Assembly (NCBI GenBank): GCA_004764695.1
Contig: SMSO01000031.1
Coordinates: 410,436-474,435 of the forward strand
Source of the DNA: Schizochytrium sp. TIO01
Lineage: Eukaryota > Protista > Bigyra: Labyrinthulomycetes
DNA: 64,000 nucleotides
Direction of reading: 5' to 3'
Shown here: one piece after another, positions 21,088 to 33,600 of the stretch
Numbering within the stretch: the first letter of the stretch is position 1
Layout: every line of letters starts with the position of its first letter
Translations under genes and position numbers: made by a program
The notes under the pieces: model-generated
What the model was told of the DNA's origin: nothing
Databases searched by the model: none
What the model saw: the letters and a program-made list of their open reading frames with translations, nothing else

Positions 21088-24000
21088 ATGGGGGGAAGGA
21101 CCGTGGTCTTCAGGCTCAGCAGGCCAAAAAGGCCACGAAGAGGCGTGGGCAATATGCTATTTCCTGCGCTTCTAGTGCTCATGGCTTTGGGACTTGGTCC
21201 ATTGGCAACCTTTGCTGCAACAAACCCCGGCAGCTCTTCGGACAGACTCGCCATTGCTTCTGAGCACCTCATTGCGTTCTATCCTTTAGATGACGGAAGT
21301 TATAGTCCAGGTAGCGACGAACCTGAGACTTTACGCAACCTTGCGCCTTATGCGACTGAGGCAGACGCATTCGCTCGCTCGGGTCAAAACGAGGGTGGCA
21401 AAACCACCAGCGCGGGACTTGGAGGTTCTCGCGCTCTGTATATGAATGGGAAAGCATCTGCGTCCTTTGAGATCGATGTTCGCTCCTGCACAACATCGTC
21501 GTTCTCTGCTGGCATCTGGGTTCGAGTGACCAGCCTCGCACAGTTCAAGGACATTGAACTCACACATATTCTCACTTTAACCGGGGAAAATCCCGCCAAC
21601 CCTGAAGAGCTTTCTCAAGGCTGGGCTCTGGGTATTCAAAGCGGCAATTGGGTCTTGCAGCTTGAAGATGGCGAGTCCATTGTAAACTCAGGGGTTTCTG
21701 TTCAAATTGAGTCGTGGACGCTGGTTGCATGGTCCCTTGACATTACATCCAGTACACCACATGCTTCTATATTTGTAAACCACGCAGAGGTGGCGAGAAT
21801 TCCATACACTGGAAAGGCATGTGCACCAAATGAAATGAACCAGCGCTCTATTCTGCTCGGTGGCAACAGAGCGTTTAAGGGATTCCATGGAGCCGTCCAA
21901 AACCTTTTCATCTATAGCCGTGTCCTCTCTTCAGAAGAGTTTATGGCGCTTGCGAATCTTCGAAGCGTGGTGATTCGTGCACCACCAACATTCGCGCCGC
22001 GCTCAGCAGGCTACGCTCTTCGTCTATCTGGCAATGAAATATTATCCCTTCAGGATTTCCCAGGTACGAGGGGAAGGCGCCTCGACGATGGTTTTGCTAC
22101 GAGCTTTTGGATCAAACCCGCTCAAAAAACCCTCGTTGCTCCAGATGACAAAACAGAAGCTGTAATAGCTTCACTTATTGGCCCAGAAGAAAGCTTTATT
22201 CTGATCTCTCTTATTTATGAGCCTCAAAAAATGACTAGCGATCTTCGCGTGAGCTTTGGAGGCAGCTCCTCGACAAATCCTTTCATTTGGAACACTTACC
22301 TCTCTGTCAGCATTAACAGTTGGACACACTATACGATTTCGTTGGATTTGGAGCAGAATATAGCAATCGTGTATGTCAATGGAGTAGAAGCTGCCCGCAA
22401 GCTTGTAGACCCCACGCTTGACCTCGCCGTTGAGGCTCCAAGCAGTGGTAGCAACCTCCTCATTGGAGCACGTAGTTTCTTAGCAGCATTGCAGGGTAAA
22501 AAGCTATTTCTGGGTGAAATCGATGAGTTTCACCTTTGGGGACGCTCAGTCACTGCAGAAGAGGCTGCGCAGTCGGCTTTTCTTTCGAGCACAGGGATGG
22601 AAGAAAAGCTTTTGGTATATCTTCCGTTCCACGAATGGGATATGCTTATTAAAACGCGTAGCGTGGTATGGGGTGTGGAGGCTTGGGCAAGCTTGGAGCT
22701 TGTATCACTTCAACCCAACAAGCTCAGTCTCCGAGCAATTGTACCAAGCACTGCTCCCTTCGTTGATGATTTTCTCGTCACAAATGAAGACCAAGCAGCT
22801 CTATTGCTCATAAATGCTACAGATCTGCGTCGTAGACCTCTGACTATCACATTGCACAGCCTACCCACCTCCGGAATGTTATTCCGAGGTCCATTTTCTG
22901 AACAAGTTCCAATCCGGAGCGTACCGACTGAACTTGCGCTGGGAGAACCACTCACTTATATGCCACAGCTAAACGCAAATGGTGAAGAACTGGATACTCT
23001 TACTTACTCTGTTTCAGTGTCTAGTGCAAGTGAAAGTGCAGATCAAGAGCAATCAACTCAGCTCACTACAATAAGAATTCGTGTTGAGCCGGTTGCTGAT
23101 CCTCAGTCCTTGGTTTCGATCAAACCATACAATCATATCCAGGTCTCCATCCTTGGTGTCGGTGTGAATGACATTGATGCGGAACAAGCTCCACATGGGT
23201 ATGAAATGAAAGTCGACCTTAACTTGAGAGATTCTTCCGATGGGTACCTGCAAGTTGCTCAAGAAAAGGAGATCGCTATGAAGACACGAACCCCACATGT
23301 TCTTGAGTTTCAAGGCATCCTCTCAAAGATTAACACTGCACTATCCCAGATCACTATTGAACAGCCCTTTTCGTTTGAGGAGTTCGACCAACTCAATCTC
23401 ACGATTGATGACCTTGGGTACTACGGAAAAGGAGGACCGATGTCTGCCTCACAGACTTTTCAAGTGGGAAGCCGTCTTGCTGCTATTCCTCTCATTACCT
23501 CCGTTGAACCTCTTGAAATCGCTACGTCAACAGATTTCCTTCGAGTTTCTGGCTTAAACTTTATTGGGAATTCTTCTGGGGCAATCCGTTGCATCTTCTC
23601 TTTTCTGGATCAGGATGGTCTTTCCACTGAAGTCTCCAGCGTGGGCAGCAAACTCGCTGACAGTGAGACAACTGAGTTACAATGCAAGCTGCCATCCTCA
23701 TTGAGTGACCTTGAGTCAAGCTCATTTGTCTCTCTGTTTATTGAGAACGAATCTCGATTTCGCGGAAATTCCATTCGCCTCACAACTCGTAAAGACTTAG
23801 AGGTGTTGACTGTCTGGCCTACCTCAGGATCGGTATCTGGACTTACATGGATTAAAGTTCACCTTTGCAGAGATGAAGAAGCTCCAGTACAACTACAAGA
23901 CGAAATTTTCTGTGCGTTCAACGATAGAATTTTGTCTGCCGAGAAGCTCTCGAGTGACCTTATTGGGTGTCTGACTCCTCCAGCACAACGTGACGGTGAT

Positions 24001-24696
24001 ATTGCAAAACTCTCAATCATTCGAAACGGTGCTCAGTATAGTACAGAGTGGACTTTTACCTATGAAGAGGCAGCAGTTGTGCGTGCCTTGCATCCAATGC
24101 AAGGATCGGAGCTCGGAGGCTTTGGTCTTGAAGTTTTGGGGTCTGCGTTTCACACAGATCTCAACACCTCAAATGTTACCTGTGACTTTTACTTAGACCT
24201 TCAAACAGGTTCCCAAGGACTGGTTCGGGTACCAGTTGATGAAATCATGAGTTCATCGCAACTTATTTGCAAGGTTCCTTCACGAGCAAGGATGCTAGCT
24301 GCAAATCCACACCTCGATCCTGCTGTGGATGGCTACCTCGTTTATGTTTCTATCTCAAACAACGGACAAGACGAAAGTGCTGCGCCTCCTATGCAATTTT
24401 CGTATTTGAGGATGCCTAGACTGCTTTCTGTCAATCCGGCAACTTTACCCTCCTCTGGGAATATCCCTCTGGTTATTTTTGCTGACTCGTTTCCGTCAGG
24501 AGCATCTATGACTTGTGTTTTTAATCAAGAGGTCGCTGTGGAAGCTCTCGAGGTGACCGAATCTTACGCTCTTTGCATAGCCCCATCTTTTTCTGCAGTG
24601 TCTGGAAGTCGCACAGTCTCCTTGGACATCATTTCATCTGACCACGTACAACTTCCACTTTCTTTCCTGAAACATCATGGAAAAGCCTTTCAGTGA
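21088..24696 (+). CDS. Giant gene segment 1: signal peptide, LamG x2, cadherin-like x2, IPT x4
   Basis: ATG at 21088 (or 21154) gives a basic n-region followed by MLFPALLVLMALGLGPLATFAA. LamG motifs include LIAFYPLDDG, FSAGIWVR, WTLVAW, IFVN, F.GAVQNLFIYSRVLS (21268-21954) and FATSFWIKP, WTHYTI, VYVNG, FLGEIDEFHLW (22009-22635). TNED..., LTY.P..NANG.. and L.IDDLG..G.GG motifs lie at 22780-23466. Confidence 0.85.
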   Translation: MGGRTVVFRLSRPKRPRRGVGNMLFPALLVLMALGLGPLATFAATNPGSSSDRLAIASEHLIAFYPLDDGSYSPGSDEPETLRNLAPYATEADAFARSGQNEGGKTTSAGLGGSRALYMNGKASASFEIDVRSCTTSSFSAGIWVRVTSLAQFKDIELTHILTLTGENPANPEELSQGWALGIQSGNWVLQLEDGESIVNSGVSVQIESWTLVAWSLDITSSTPHASIFVNHAEVARIPYTGKACAPNEMNQRSILLGGNRAFKGFHGAVQNLFIYSRVLSSEEFMALANLRSVVIRAPPTFAPRSAGYALRLSGNEILSLQDFPGTRGRRLDDGFATSFWIKPAQKTLVAPDDKTEAVIASLIGPEESFILISLIYEPQKMTSDLRVSFGGSSSTNPFIWNTYLSVSINSWTHYTISLDLEQNIAIVYVNGVEAARKLVDPTLDLAVEAPSSGSNLLIGARSFLAALQGKKLFLGEIDEFHLWGRSVTAEEAAQSAFLSSTGMEEKLLVYLPFHEWDMLIKTRSVVWGVEAWASLELVSLQPNKLSLRAIVPSTAPFVDDFLVTNEDQAALLLINATDLRRRPLTITLHSLPTSGMLFRGPFSEQVPIRSVPTELALGEPLTYMPQLNANGEELDTLTYSVSVSSASESADQEQSTQLTTIRIRVEPVADPQSLVSIKPYNHIQVSILGVGVNDIDAEQAPHGYEMKVDLNLRDSSDGYLQVAQEKEIAMKTRTPHVLEFQGILSKINTALSQITIEQPFSFEEFDQLNLTIDDLGYYGKGGPMSASQTFQVGSRLAAIPLITSVEPLEIATSTDFLRVSGLNFIGNSSGAIRCIFSFLDQDGLSTEVSSVGSKLADSETTELQCKLPSSLSDLESSSFVSLFIENESRFRGNSIRLTTRKDLEVLTVWPTSGSVSGLTWIKVHLCRDEEAPVQLQDEIFCAFNDRILSAEKLSSDLIGCLTPPAQRDGDIAKLSIIRNGAQYSTEWTFTYEEAAVVRALHPMQGSELGGFGLEVLGSAFHTDLNTSNVTCDFYLDLQTGSQGLVRVPVDEIMSSSQLICKVPSRARMLAANPHLDPAVDGYLVYVSISNNGQDESAAPPMQFSYLRMPRLLSVNPATLPSSGNIPLVIFADSFPSGASMTCVFNQEVAVEALEVTESYALCIAPSFSAVSGSRTVSLDIISSDHVQLPLSFLKHHGKAFQ

Positions 24697-27600
24697 AATA
24701 CGTGAAAGAATTGGAGATTGCAACCATGAAGCCGCCCTTTCTAACAGTATCATTATCCCCTGTGCAGCTCTTTATCACAACGTCTGAAGAGCTCGCACCC
24801 TATGGCCATCTTGAATGTGTTCTTGAGTTCGTTGGTAGCCAATCTGCGCAAGTTTTTCTGTCAAGCAATATTCAAATATTAGCTTCAAACATGCTTGCAT
24901 GCCAATTCGAGTTGGTGTCAAGGATTGTAAATGTATCCGAGTCAGGAATTCTTTGCATCCGACCCGTCAGTTGGCAGCAAAGCAACCCGCTTTCGTGCAA
25001 TGAGGCAGGTGCTTTTGCTCGTAATGAGCTTCCTTTGATGCCAGCAGCAATGCTTCATTATATTGCACCTGCCAGGGTAGCCCAATCTGGAGGCAATGAC
25101 ATTATAGTATACGGAGATTTCACTTCTTTCTTGGAGAGTTATCCTCAACATCCAACTGCTACTGTCTTGTGCAAGATTACTGGTGTATATTTTCCTTTAC
25201 AGCATGTAAGTGCTGCAATTGCTGTTGAAAGTGAGCGTGTTGTTTGCATTCAACCGCCTCTTGCAGTTGGCGAGTACCATATCCAGGTTTCTATTGATGA
25301 AGGTTACACTTTTAGCGAAGATAGATTTCTTCTGACTGTAACTGATCCATTTGTTGTATGGGGCTCGCATCCTCGGAAAATAATCCTAGGGCAATCCACA
25401 ATGTCCTCTATTAAACTCCTTGGAACAAATTTGCAAGCAATTGACCCTGCAGCACAATGTGCGTGGTACTGGACCTCTAATTCATCTCTTCTGGGAACAA
25501 CGCAAATAACGCAGGTAGATACTGATGGAAGTTGGCTAAGTTGTAATATACCAGAAATTACCTCCCCGACAAGAATGCGAGTAGAACTATTTACAGATGG
25601 CGTGAGCTTGTCTAGTAATGCTGGCACCGTTGAAGTAGAATTTCTCTTCTTGCCCAAAGTCATTCGACTAGAGCCGAACCATGGTTTACCAGGCACAAAA
25701 GTGATTGTACACCTGGACCAACCTCTTTCTCGCGTCAAGGCTTCTACTTGGGCTTGTGTTGACGAGTCTGGCCATGTTCTCAAAAAGGCTCTTTGGCTGC
25801 AAGAGAAGCAGATGCAATGTGCGTTTCGCAGTGATGAGATGCTCCCTTCTTCCATCGGTGTCATTGACTTAGAAGAGCTTGAATCTATCGAGAAGATTCC
25901 AACTTTGAACTTCACTTCTTGGGCAGTTTTGACTAATGAGGAGGATGTCATAGTAAGTATTCATGAGCACTTGGATATTTTCTCTGGGATACCCCGAAAG
26001 GTGCATGTTCGTGTCGAGGGCTTGCCTTTAGTGGCTCAAGTTGATCGAGAAGAATTTCGTTGTAGTTTTAGTACTTTGGGGCTTGTTTCAGGTCGTTCAG
26101 GCGTTTACGACGTTAAACCTCAGCATTCAACTTCGCTCTCTTCCACTAGTGCTGAGTTTACATGCGAGATTCCATCTAATTTTGCTGGACATCTTGTGAA
26201 TTTCACAATGTACTGGATGGGCGGTGATGTTAATCTCCCTGGTACTGCTCAACTGAATATTTTGACTCCTCCTCGACTTCAACGAGTGGAACCTGCAATC
26301 ATTTCGCCTCTAATGAACACCAGTACAATTGATCTCCTGGGCTCTTTTACATTTGGTAAGAATACTTTGCCCTCATCGTATAATTGGACCTGTATGTTTT
26401 ATGCTACTGGCATTCGATTACACACGTCTCCTGGCGTATTTGTAGGCACAGATCGCATTCGTTGTGCCTTTGATAGCTTCCCAGAAACCCAATTATCTGG
26501 TCTTGTAAACGTATATCTGGAGGTTGATGGCGCTCCTATGTGTGAACATGATGGTGTTGCATTTATCCATGTTGCAAATACTACTTCTATGGGGGCTTTA
26601 CTTTGGCCTTCAACTGTGCACCAGAATACTAGTGAGGAACTCTTAATTTCTTTCGAAGAGGCAGCTGAAGTCCATGCACTTCTCTCCAGTTTTCAGTGGG
26701 TTGGTTGTGAGTTTGCTTCACAAGTACAGAGTGCCTCTCAGTCGAGCTCTTATGCAAAGGGTAAACTGCGCGCGAACTTGTTCGCATGCAATGTCCCGAG
26801 TACCTTACAGCCAGGCTTTTTCGATGTTATGATTGTAGGAAGCCATCAGTCAGACGGAGGAACCTCAAAGCATACTCTTATTGGTATCGTCAATACCCTC
26901 CATGTTAAGTCACTGGGAACTGTTTTAGATATGACACCTACATCCGCATTGGCAGGCGATACAGTGGAAATTTCTGTTCAGCTTTCGCTTTCTTTGCTCG
27001 ATGCAATGCAACCGGAAGATGGTTTTATGGATGACATTCTCTGCCGACTCGAAGGCTCCTTAACTACTTCTACAGTGAGATTTCTCAGCGAGGATCTTAC
27101 ATTTACAAAGTTTGTCTGCCCTCTTCAGCTTGATGTTGACGAACATGGCTTTTACCCTCTTCAAGTATCGTTAAACGGGGGGCTAAGCTTTGTCACCATA
27201 GATAAAGACGCAGCAACCTTTGCAATTTTACCAAGGCCAATCGTGTCTAAACTTTTCCCCGACCTTGGTCCACAATCAGGCGGAACATTCCTCGAGATCA
27301 CTGGTGAAAACTTTCCTCAAGATCGAGAATTGAGTTGCATCTTCTTCAATGGAAACACATCTTATAAAGTACCTGCAAGTAGTGTATCCAAAACAACTCT
27401 GAACTGCGTTACTCCCGAGGTTGAGGCTTCTGCTGAGAAAATGTACAGAATTATGTTCCTTTCTGTTTCGGCCTCTGACCAACTAGCACTCGGAACGGCA
27501 GTTGATTCCAGCACAGTATCATTTGCGTTTGCCTCGGATATTTCTCTTTCTTATGTTACTCCAACTGTTGGACCCGAAACAGGGGGAACCGAGATTCTGA

Positions 27601-30600
27601 TGTACGGTGAAAATTTCCCTGTTGATGCTGAACTGCTGTGTCGTTTTGGTAGAACCCATATTGTTCGTGCCAAGGTTTTTAGCCCTGAGCGTGCAGTATG
27701 CACCAGTCCGCCACATCCACCAACGTTTGAAGAAAACCCCATAGCTATTGAGCTTTCTATCAATGGCATTGACTTCGTTGGAAACCCTGGAGCAAATTTC
27801 ACATATGTAATGCTTACCAGAGCATCATTTCTGCAACCCGACCGAGGTGTTGTTGGCGGTCTTCTCCACGTATTTGGCACTGGATTTCGTACCTCGCAAA
27901 CAAACAAAGTGCTTTGCCGCTTTGGGGAGACTATAACAAATGTTGGAGAATTCATTTCATCTTCACAGATTAAGTGCCGGATTCCAGACATGGGCCCAAA
28001 TTTTGATTCAAACGAAATTGTGTCTGTCCAAGTATCTTGCAACGATGGCCAGGACTTTACTCCTTTTGATGAGAATACTGGATTTCGGGTTGAAGATATC
28101 TACAAGCTAGTCTCAATTTCTCCTAAAAGTGGCCCAGTGCATGGAGGAACTGAGATCTTTCTCAAACTCGAGTCACCAAGACTCCTCGATGGTGATTTGG
28201 TGTGTATATTTGATCAAGACCAAGTTGTTCAAGCCCATGTTGTTGATGATTCGTCCTACAGCTGCATCGTGCCAGCTTTGAAGGAAACGACTATGACGAA
28301 TATGGTTTCACTTCACCTTATACCAGTAGCATTGCTTGACACTGCAGATATAGGGGGAAGTACCGAATCTCAACAAATGCTTTACTTTCAATATGACAAA
28401 GAAATCACTCTAGAACAAATTTGGCCACAAATAATACCTGAGGATATTGTGACTGAGGTGAATGTTCTTGGCTCTGGTTTTCGTCACGATATGGATCTTT
28501 TATGTAGAGTTGGCTTCAATTCACAGCTCTCAGAAGCTCGTTTCATCACAACTACTCTCGTCAGCTGTCCTATTGACCCCCAAAACCAACGTCCAGGGCA
28601 TGTTCAACTTTCTCTAACAGCGAACAATCAACAGTTTTCAAACCTCGTCGACCTCAAGATTGTCGCGACAGCTTACATATCTACAGCTAGCCCCTTATCA
28701 GGTTCTATTCTCGGAGGAACAGCAATAAAGATTACTGGTACTGGATTTCACTCTGGGAATGGCTTTGCTTGCTACTTTGGTGGAATCAAGGCTCTATCGT
28801 CTGTAGTAGATTCTTCTACTGAAGCAGTATGTGTGTCACCACCGCGTACCAATGCAGGCCCCGTTAACATTTCCATCTCCAGTAATGATGGACAGCACCA
28901 TGGTATTTCGACAGTTCCGTTTTTGTACACAGAACCACCAAAGATTACCTCAATTTACCCACCACGGGGTCACGTTGGCTCTACGGTGATAATTCGAGGC
29001 AACTTTCCGGATATTGCCTACGATGAGTTGACCCTTTGCCAGATGCAAAATGTAACTGTCCTTGCTCACTGGGCAAACACAACAAGCATTGCTTGTGAGG
29101 TGCCATCTGAACTTGCATCTCTGTTGGATTTGAAACATCCCACTTTGCCCCTCGAGATTGCTGTAAGCGTGAACGGGGGTGTGGATTTTTCTCTTTCTGC
29201 ACGTTTCACGCTCGCTCGTGAGCTAAGTGTAAGTAGCATTCATCCACAAGCAGGGCCGTCTACAGGTGGAACTCGTGTCGTGGTTTCATTGGCAGAGGAG
29301 GCCGAGACTTCAATCTACCTAGGTCCTATAATATGTCGTTTCGGACAGGGTGCGCTAGTTGTAGGAAAGTGGGTTGATAGACACAGTATTGCATGCCTTT
29401 CGCCAGCGCTTACTGCAGAAACTTTGGTTGAGGTTGCAATAAGCACTGATGGAATATCATTCAGCACTTCACCGGAATATTTCAAATCCGAATCAGAAAT
29501 GATTATCTCTTCTTTGACACCGCAAGAAGGAGCCCTGTCTGGAGGCTTTGAAATCACCATTGAAATGCAAGATGATATTTCTATCCTAGAAATCGACGCT
29601 ATATACTGTCGATTTGCTGAGCGAATTACTGTACCTGGTCGTCAGATCAACTCAAAGACAATTCAATGTACAATGCCAGCTCTTTCTCATGCTGGAAAAT
29701 TGCTAGTGGAGGTGTCTTTTAACAATGGAAAGACCTTCATCAAGAGCGACGTTTCCTTCCTTGCACATACACGAAATCTCATGACTGCTCAATTGCGCTC
29801 ATACCTTGCTCCAACCAATTCAGACAGTTTCCTGGAAATTTCTTGGCCTGGTTTGACCACAATAGACGATGCAGACTCAGACCTTACTTGCCGATTTGGA
29901 GATCTCACATCAAGCATTGAAATAGTTGATCGCGCAACAGGCCGTTGCAAGTGCAGTATCCCTCTGCACAGCGTTCCAGGAAGTACAAAGCTAGTTCTTG
30001 AATCTTCAAGTTTGATCCTTGCGGATCTTGGGCCAGTTTATCTTTATGAACCTTTCCAGGTAGACCGAATTTTTCCAGATGTGCTAGAAGAAGAGCAAAG
30101 CCATATATGGCTCTGGACTCGAAACCTACCTTCTATTTTGACCGTGGTGTGTTCTTTTGACCCCATCCAAACAAGCAAAGGTAGCTCTGGTACAATGAGA
30201 AGGTTGGCATCTGGTACAGTTACCGGAGAAGCAGTGCATTGCGACGTTCCACGGTCTTTAAACCCCGGAGAATACAGTGTTTCACTCAGTGCAAATGAAG
30301 GTATTAACTTCTCTACTGCTGAGAATACCTTAACCGTACTTCCATACTTGCAAGTCACTTCGCTGAGTCCTGTTGCAGGGCCTCAATCAGGCAATACTCC
30401 TATCACAGTTTTCTCATCGGTAGTAGATTCATTTTCAATTATCGAGCGTGATCCTGTCTTTTGTGTTTTTCAAGGCCTAGATGGCTCACAAACCTGGAAG
30501 GAAACCCCCGCAACGCTCATTTCTGTAGACGCTGGTTTTGCATTTTCATGTCGTACACCTGCTCAGCGTACTAGCGGCTTTGCAACTGTGGCACTACTTC

Positions 30601-33600
30601 GCCATAGCACCAGACAGTCAGGTGCAGCTTCGCACACTCTCTCTAAGGCTCTGCTTGATTCCCCAAAGTTCAGGTATGAACCGGCACGTGAGGAGTATCT
30701 TGCGAGCCCAGTTGCCGTACCAATGACAGGAAATTCCCAGCTTTCTATTATTGGAGCACATTTTCCTAGGTTGGATTCTGAGTTCACTGCAATTGTGAGC
30801 CTGCCATGCGGCAACGATGTAGAAACGACATGCTTGGTGGTGAGCGATACCGAGGCTTCCTGCATTGTTCCTCCATCAAATGAGTTTGGATGGGCATCTA
30901 TTATACTCTCGAAACATCCATCAGCCCCAGGAGCTACAAATGAACGTGTCACGTTTTATATGCATCAGCCCTACGAAATCTCAGTCCTTTCTCCTTTTGG
31001 GGCATCCGAGCTAGGAGGTAAAGAAATCATAGTGCAATTAGACAAGCCTATCTCCGGCATTCTTCGAACTCTGGCATCCGAGCAAACCAGGTGCTTCTTC
31101 GGCGCAGATAGGTCTTCTCCAGGTCGCTGGGTTGACTCCTCCCATTTAGAGTGCATTTCGCCGGCGATGCGTCCGGGAAAATATACTTTTTCGATTTCAT
31201 TTGTTCAGGATGCACCAACCATTGGGGGTGGCGGTACATTGATTGATATTTACGATGTGGAGACTCTTACTGACATCTCAGCTCCTCTTGTGACAAGATC
31301 AGGTGGACAGCAGGTACTTCTTTCAGGCACTAATTTCGCCGCTGGTATGAAATGTCGATTTGGAGATCTGATGGTGAATGCAAATGTTGTTAATACCAGT
31401 ACTGCCGTTTGCACTGTTCCACGACGCCACTTGGGCCCCTCCCGAGTGGCTGTGCAAGTAAGCCGCTGGGCAATCTGGGACGAGGCTTGGTCAGAGCATA
31501 TTGACGATTTCCAAACAATATACTACCACCCAGATATTGCTGTTGAAAATATCGAACCTCGCTCAGTGTTGTCTAGTCATAGCCTGTTCATGAGTCTGTC
31601 TGGACTCAATGGCTCATTTTTTTCTCAAAATGAACTCTACTGTGCCTTCCATGGAGTTGTAAAAACAACTTCGTTAGCAGCTATGCACGAAGATGGCACT
31701 CTGGAATGCTCCGTGCCTAACCTGGAAGCCTTTGAGAACCTGGGAGTCTATGAGCTCTTTTCTGTAGGTATAGAGATGTCTTCTGGAAATCGAGTCGACC
31801 TATCGATATCCAGCCGTCTACACTCAATGATTGAAGTTTATCGCCTTCCTAAGATATCTTTGCTCAGACCGCTTGTCTTTGCTCAAGAATCGTTGTCGTC
31901 AGAGACAAACTCAATTGATATGATAGGAAGACATTTCTCCGCTCGAATTGAGCTCTTATGTTACTTTTTTCTACCTGAAGACAGTAGTAACTCAACACAT
32001 TGGGTCACCCAACTGACCTTTTTGTCTTCTGGCATGGCACGCTGTCAGGTCCCGCATGATCTGCCACTAGGCATTGTTGCCGTTCAGTTGGCCAATCTTT
32101 CACCTACAAGTAATGAAGCTGTGAAATTGCCCATGGATGATAGTTTCACTTTTCTTGTCATTCCACAGCCCAAGATGGAGTCTATCTATCCTAAGAGTGT
32201 TTCCGTCGCAGGTGGACAAGATGTGGTAGTCAGTGGGCATGGGTTCTCTCGTGTAAACTCTATGCCATTGCTTGAAGTGGCGAACCTTTATTGTGATTTC
32301 GGTGGTCAGCGTCGCACTCATGCAGAGGTGCTGAACGATACGCATGTTAAATGCCTCGCACCTCACGGATCCAAACCAGGCTCCCTGAATGTGAGTCTCT
32401 TTCATGCTGACACTGAAGTTGGGCTCATTGGAGGCTCTGCACGTTTGACCTACACTCCTCATACTCAGGTTCGCCATTTATCTCCGATGTTTGGGTCGGT
32501 AGCCGGCGGCACAACTCTTACAATAATTGGCCAAGGACTCGATAGTTTATCAGAAAGTTTACTAGACACTGAAATATTGGCATGCTGTTTTGTTGATGGG
32601 CAAGCTGGGACCGGAACTCAAAACTTTGAAACGAGCCTACTTTGCACAGCTGCAAATCTCGTAAGCAGTGATACCGTGGAATGCCTAACGCCTGAAAATG
32701 CATGGAACTTAAGTGATGAAGAACGCAAAACAGTAGGAGTGTTTGTTTCCACTGCCGAAATGAGCGAGTCAAGATTGGTCAGAAGAGGAAGCAAAGACCA
32801 AAGCCTTGCACTTTTCATAATGGTACCCTCGCCTCAGATCCACTCTGTCTATCCCCGGATGGTCTCGGAACTAGGCGGGGACATACTTCACTTAGAAGGC
32901 ACAAACTTCTTGGCTCTGGATCCAACTATTCAGCCTCTGTGCATTTTTGGGCCTGGTTCTTCGACTCAAGCCCAAATTGTATCACCTTCGAAAATGCTTT
33001 GCAAAGTCCCTGCGCATATACCTAGTAAAGTTCTTCTTCGCGTTTCGTTGAATGGAATAGACACCATCGAGGTATCAAGTAGTACCATAGAGTTCTATAC
33101 CCAAGCAACAACAACATCTATTAATCCTACAACTGGGCCAGCAAGTGGAGGTACTCTTCTCACTGTATCTGGAAATCAGTTTGTCCAGTCTGAGAATCTT
33201 TCATGTATTTTCCATCCGACCGATGGAGATCTTAAATCTCTCCGAATGACTGCACACTTTACGTCAGCAACCCAAGTCACCTGTGGAGCTCCACGAGTAA
33301 AGTTCGATGTAGACAGCTATGGCGTGATAGACTACTACGTCGAGGTAAGCAATTCGGGTGAATCTGTTGTGAGTAATACCAGCTTCGTAAAGTCTCTTGG
33401 CGGACTACCTACGTATTCGGTTCATCAAGATTTAGGTTCTTTTAGTGCATTCCCATATCTAATCAGCGCAGGGTCCACGACAGAGCTAACACTTTCTGGC
33501 TCTAATTTGCAGAATGTGCAATACTGTAGGCTTGGCACTCTTCAGTCGCCTGCTCTCGTTCGAGCTGGAGGGAATATGACCTGTCAGTTTGATCTTTCTC

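Noticed and set aside
24693-24696. Prokaryote-style GTGA stop/start coupling (operon of three genes)
   Set aside because: The locus is eukaryotic, the breaks fall inside domains, and the downstream ORFs lack signal peptides.
24608-24716. Canonical intron explaining frameshift 1
   Set aside because: The frame-restoring GT-AG pairs (24608-24693, 24646-24716) have weak donors or a GAG acceptor, unlike the GTRAGT introns elsewhere in the window, and would delete core IPT strands.
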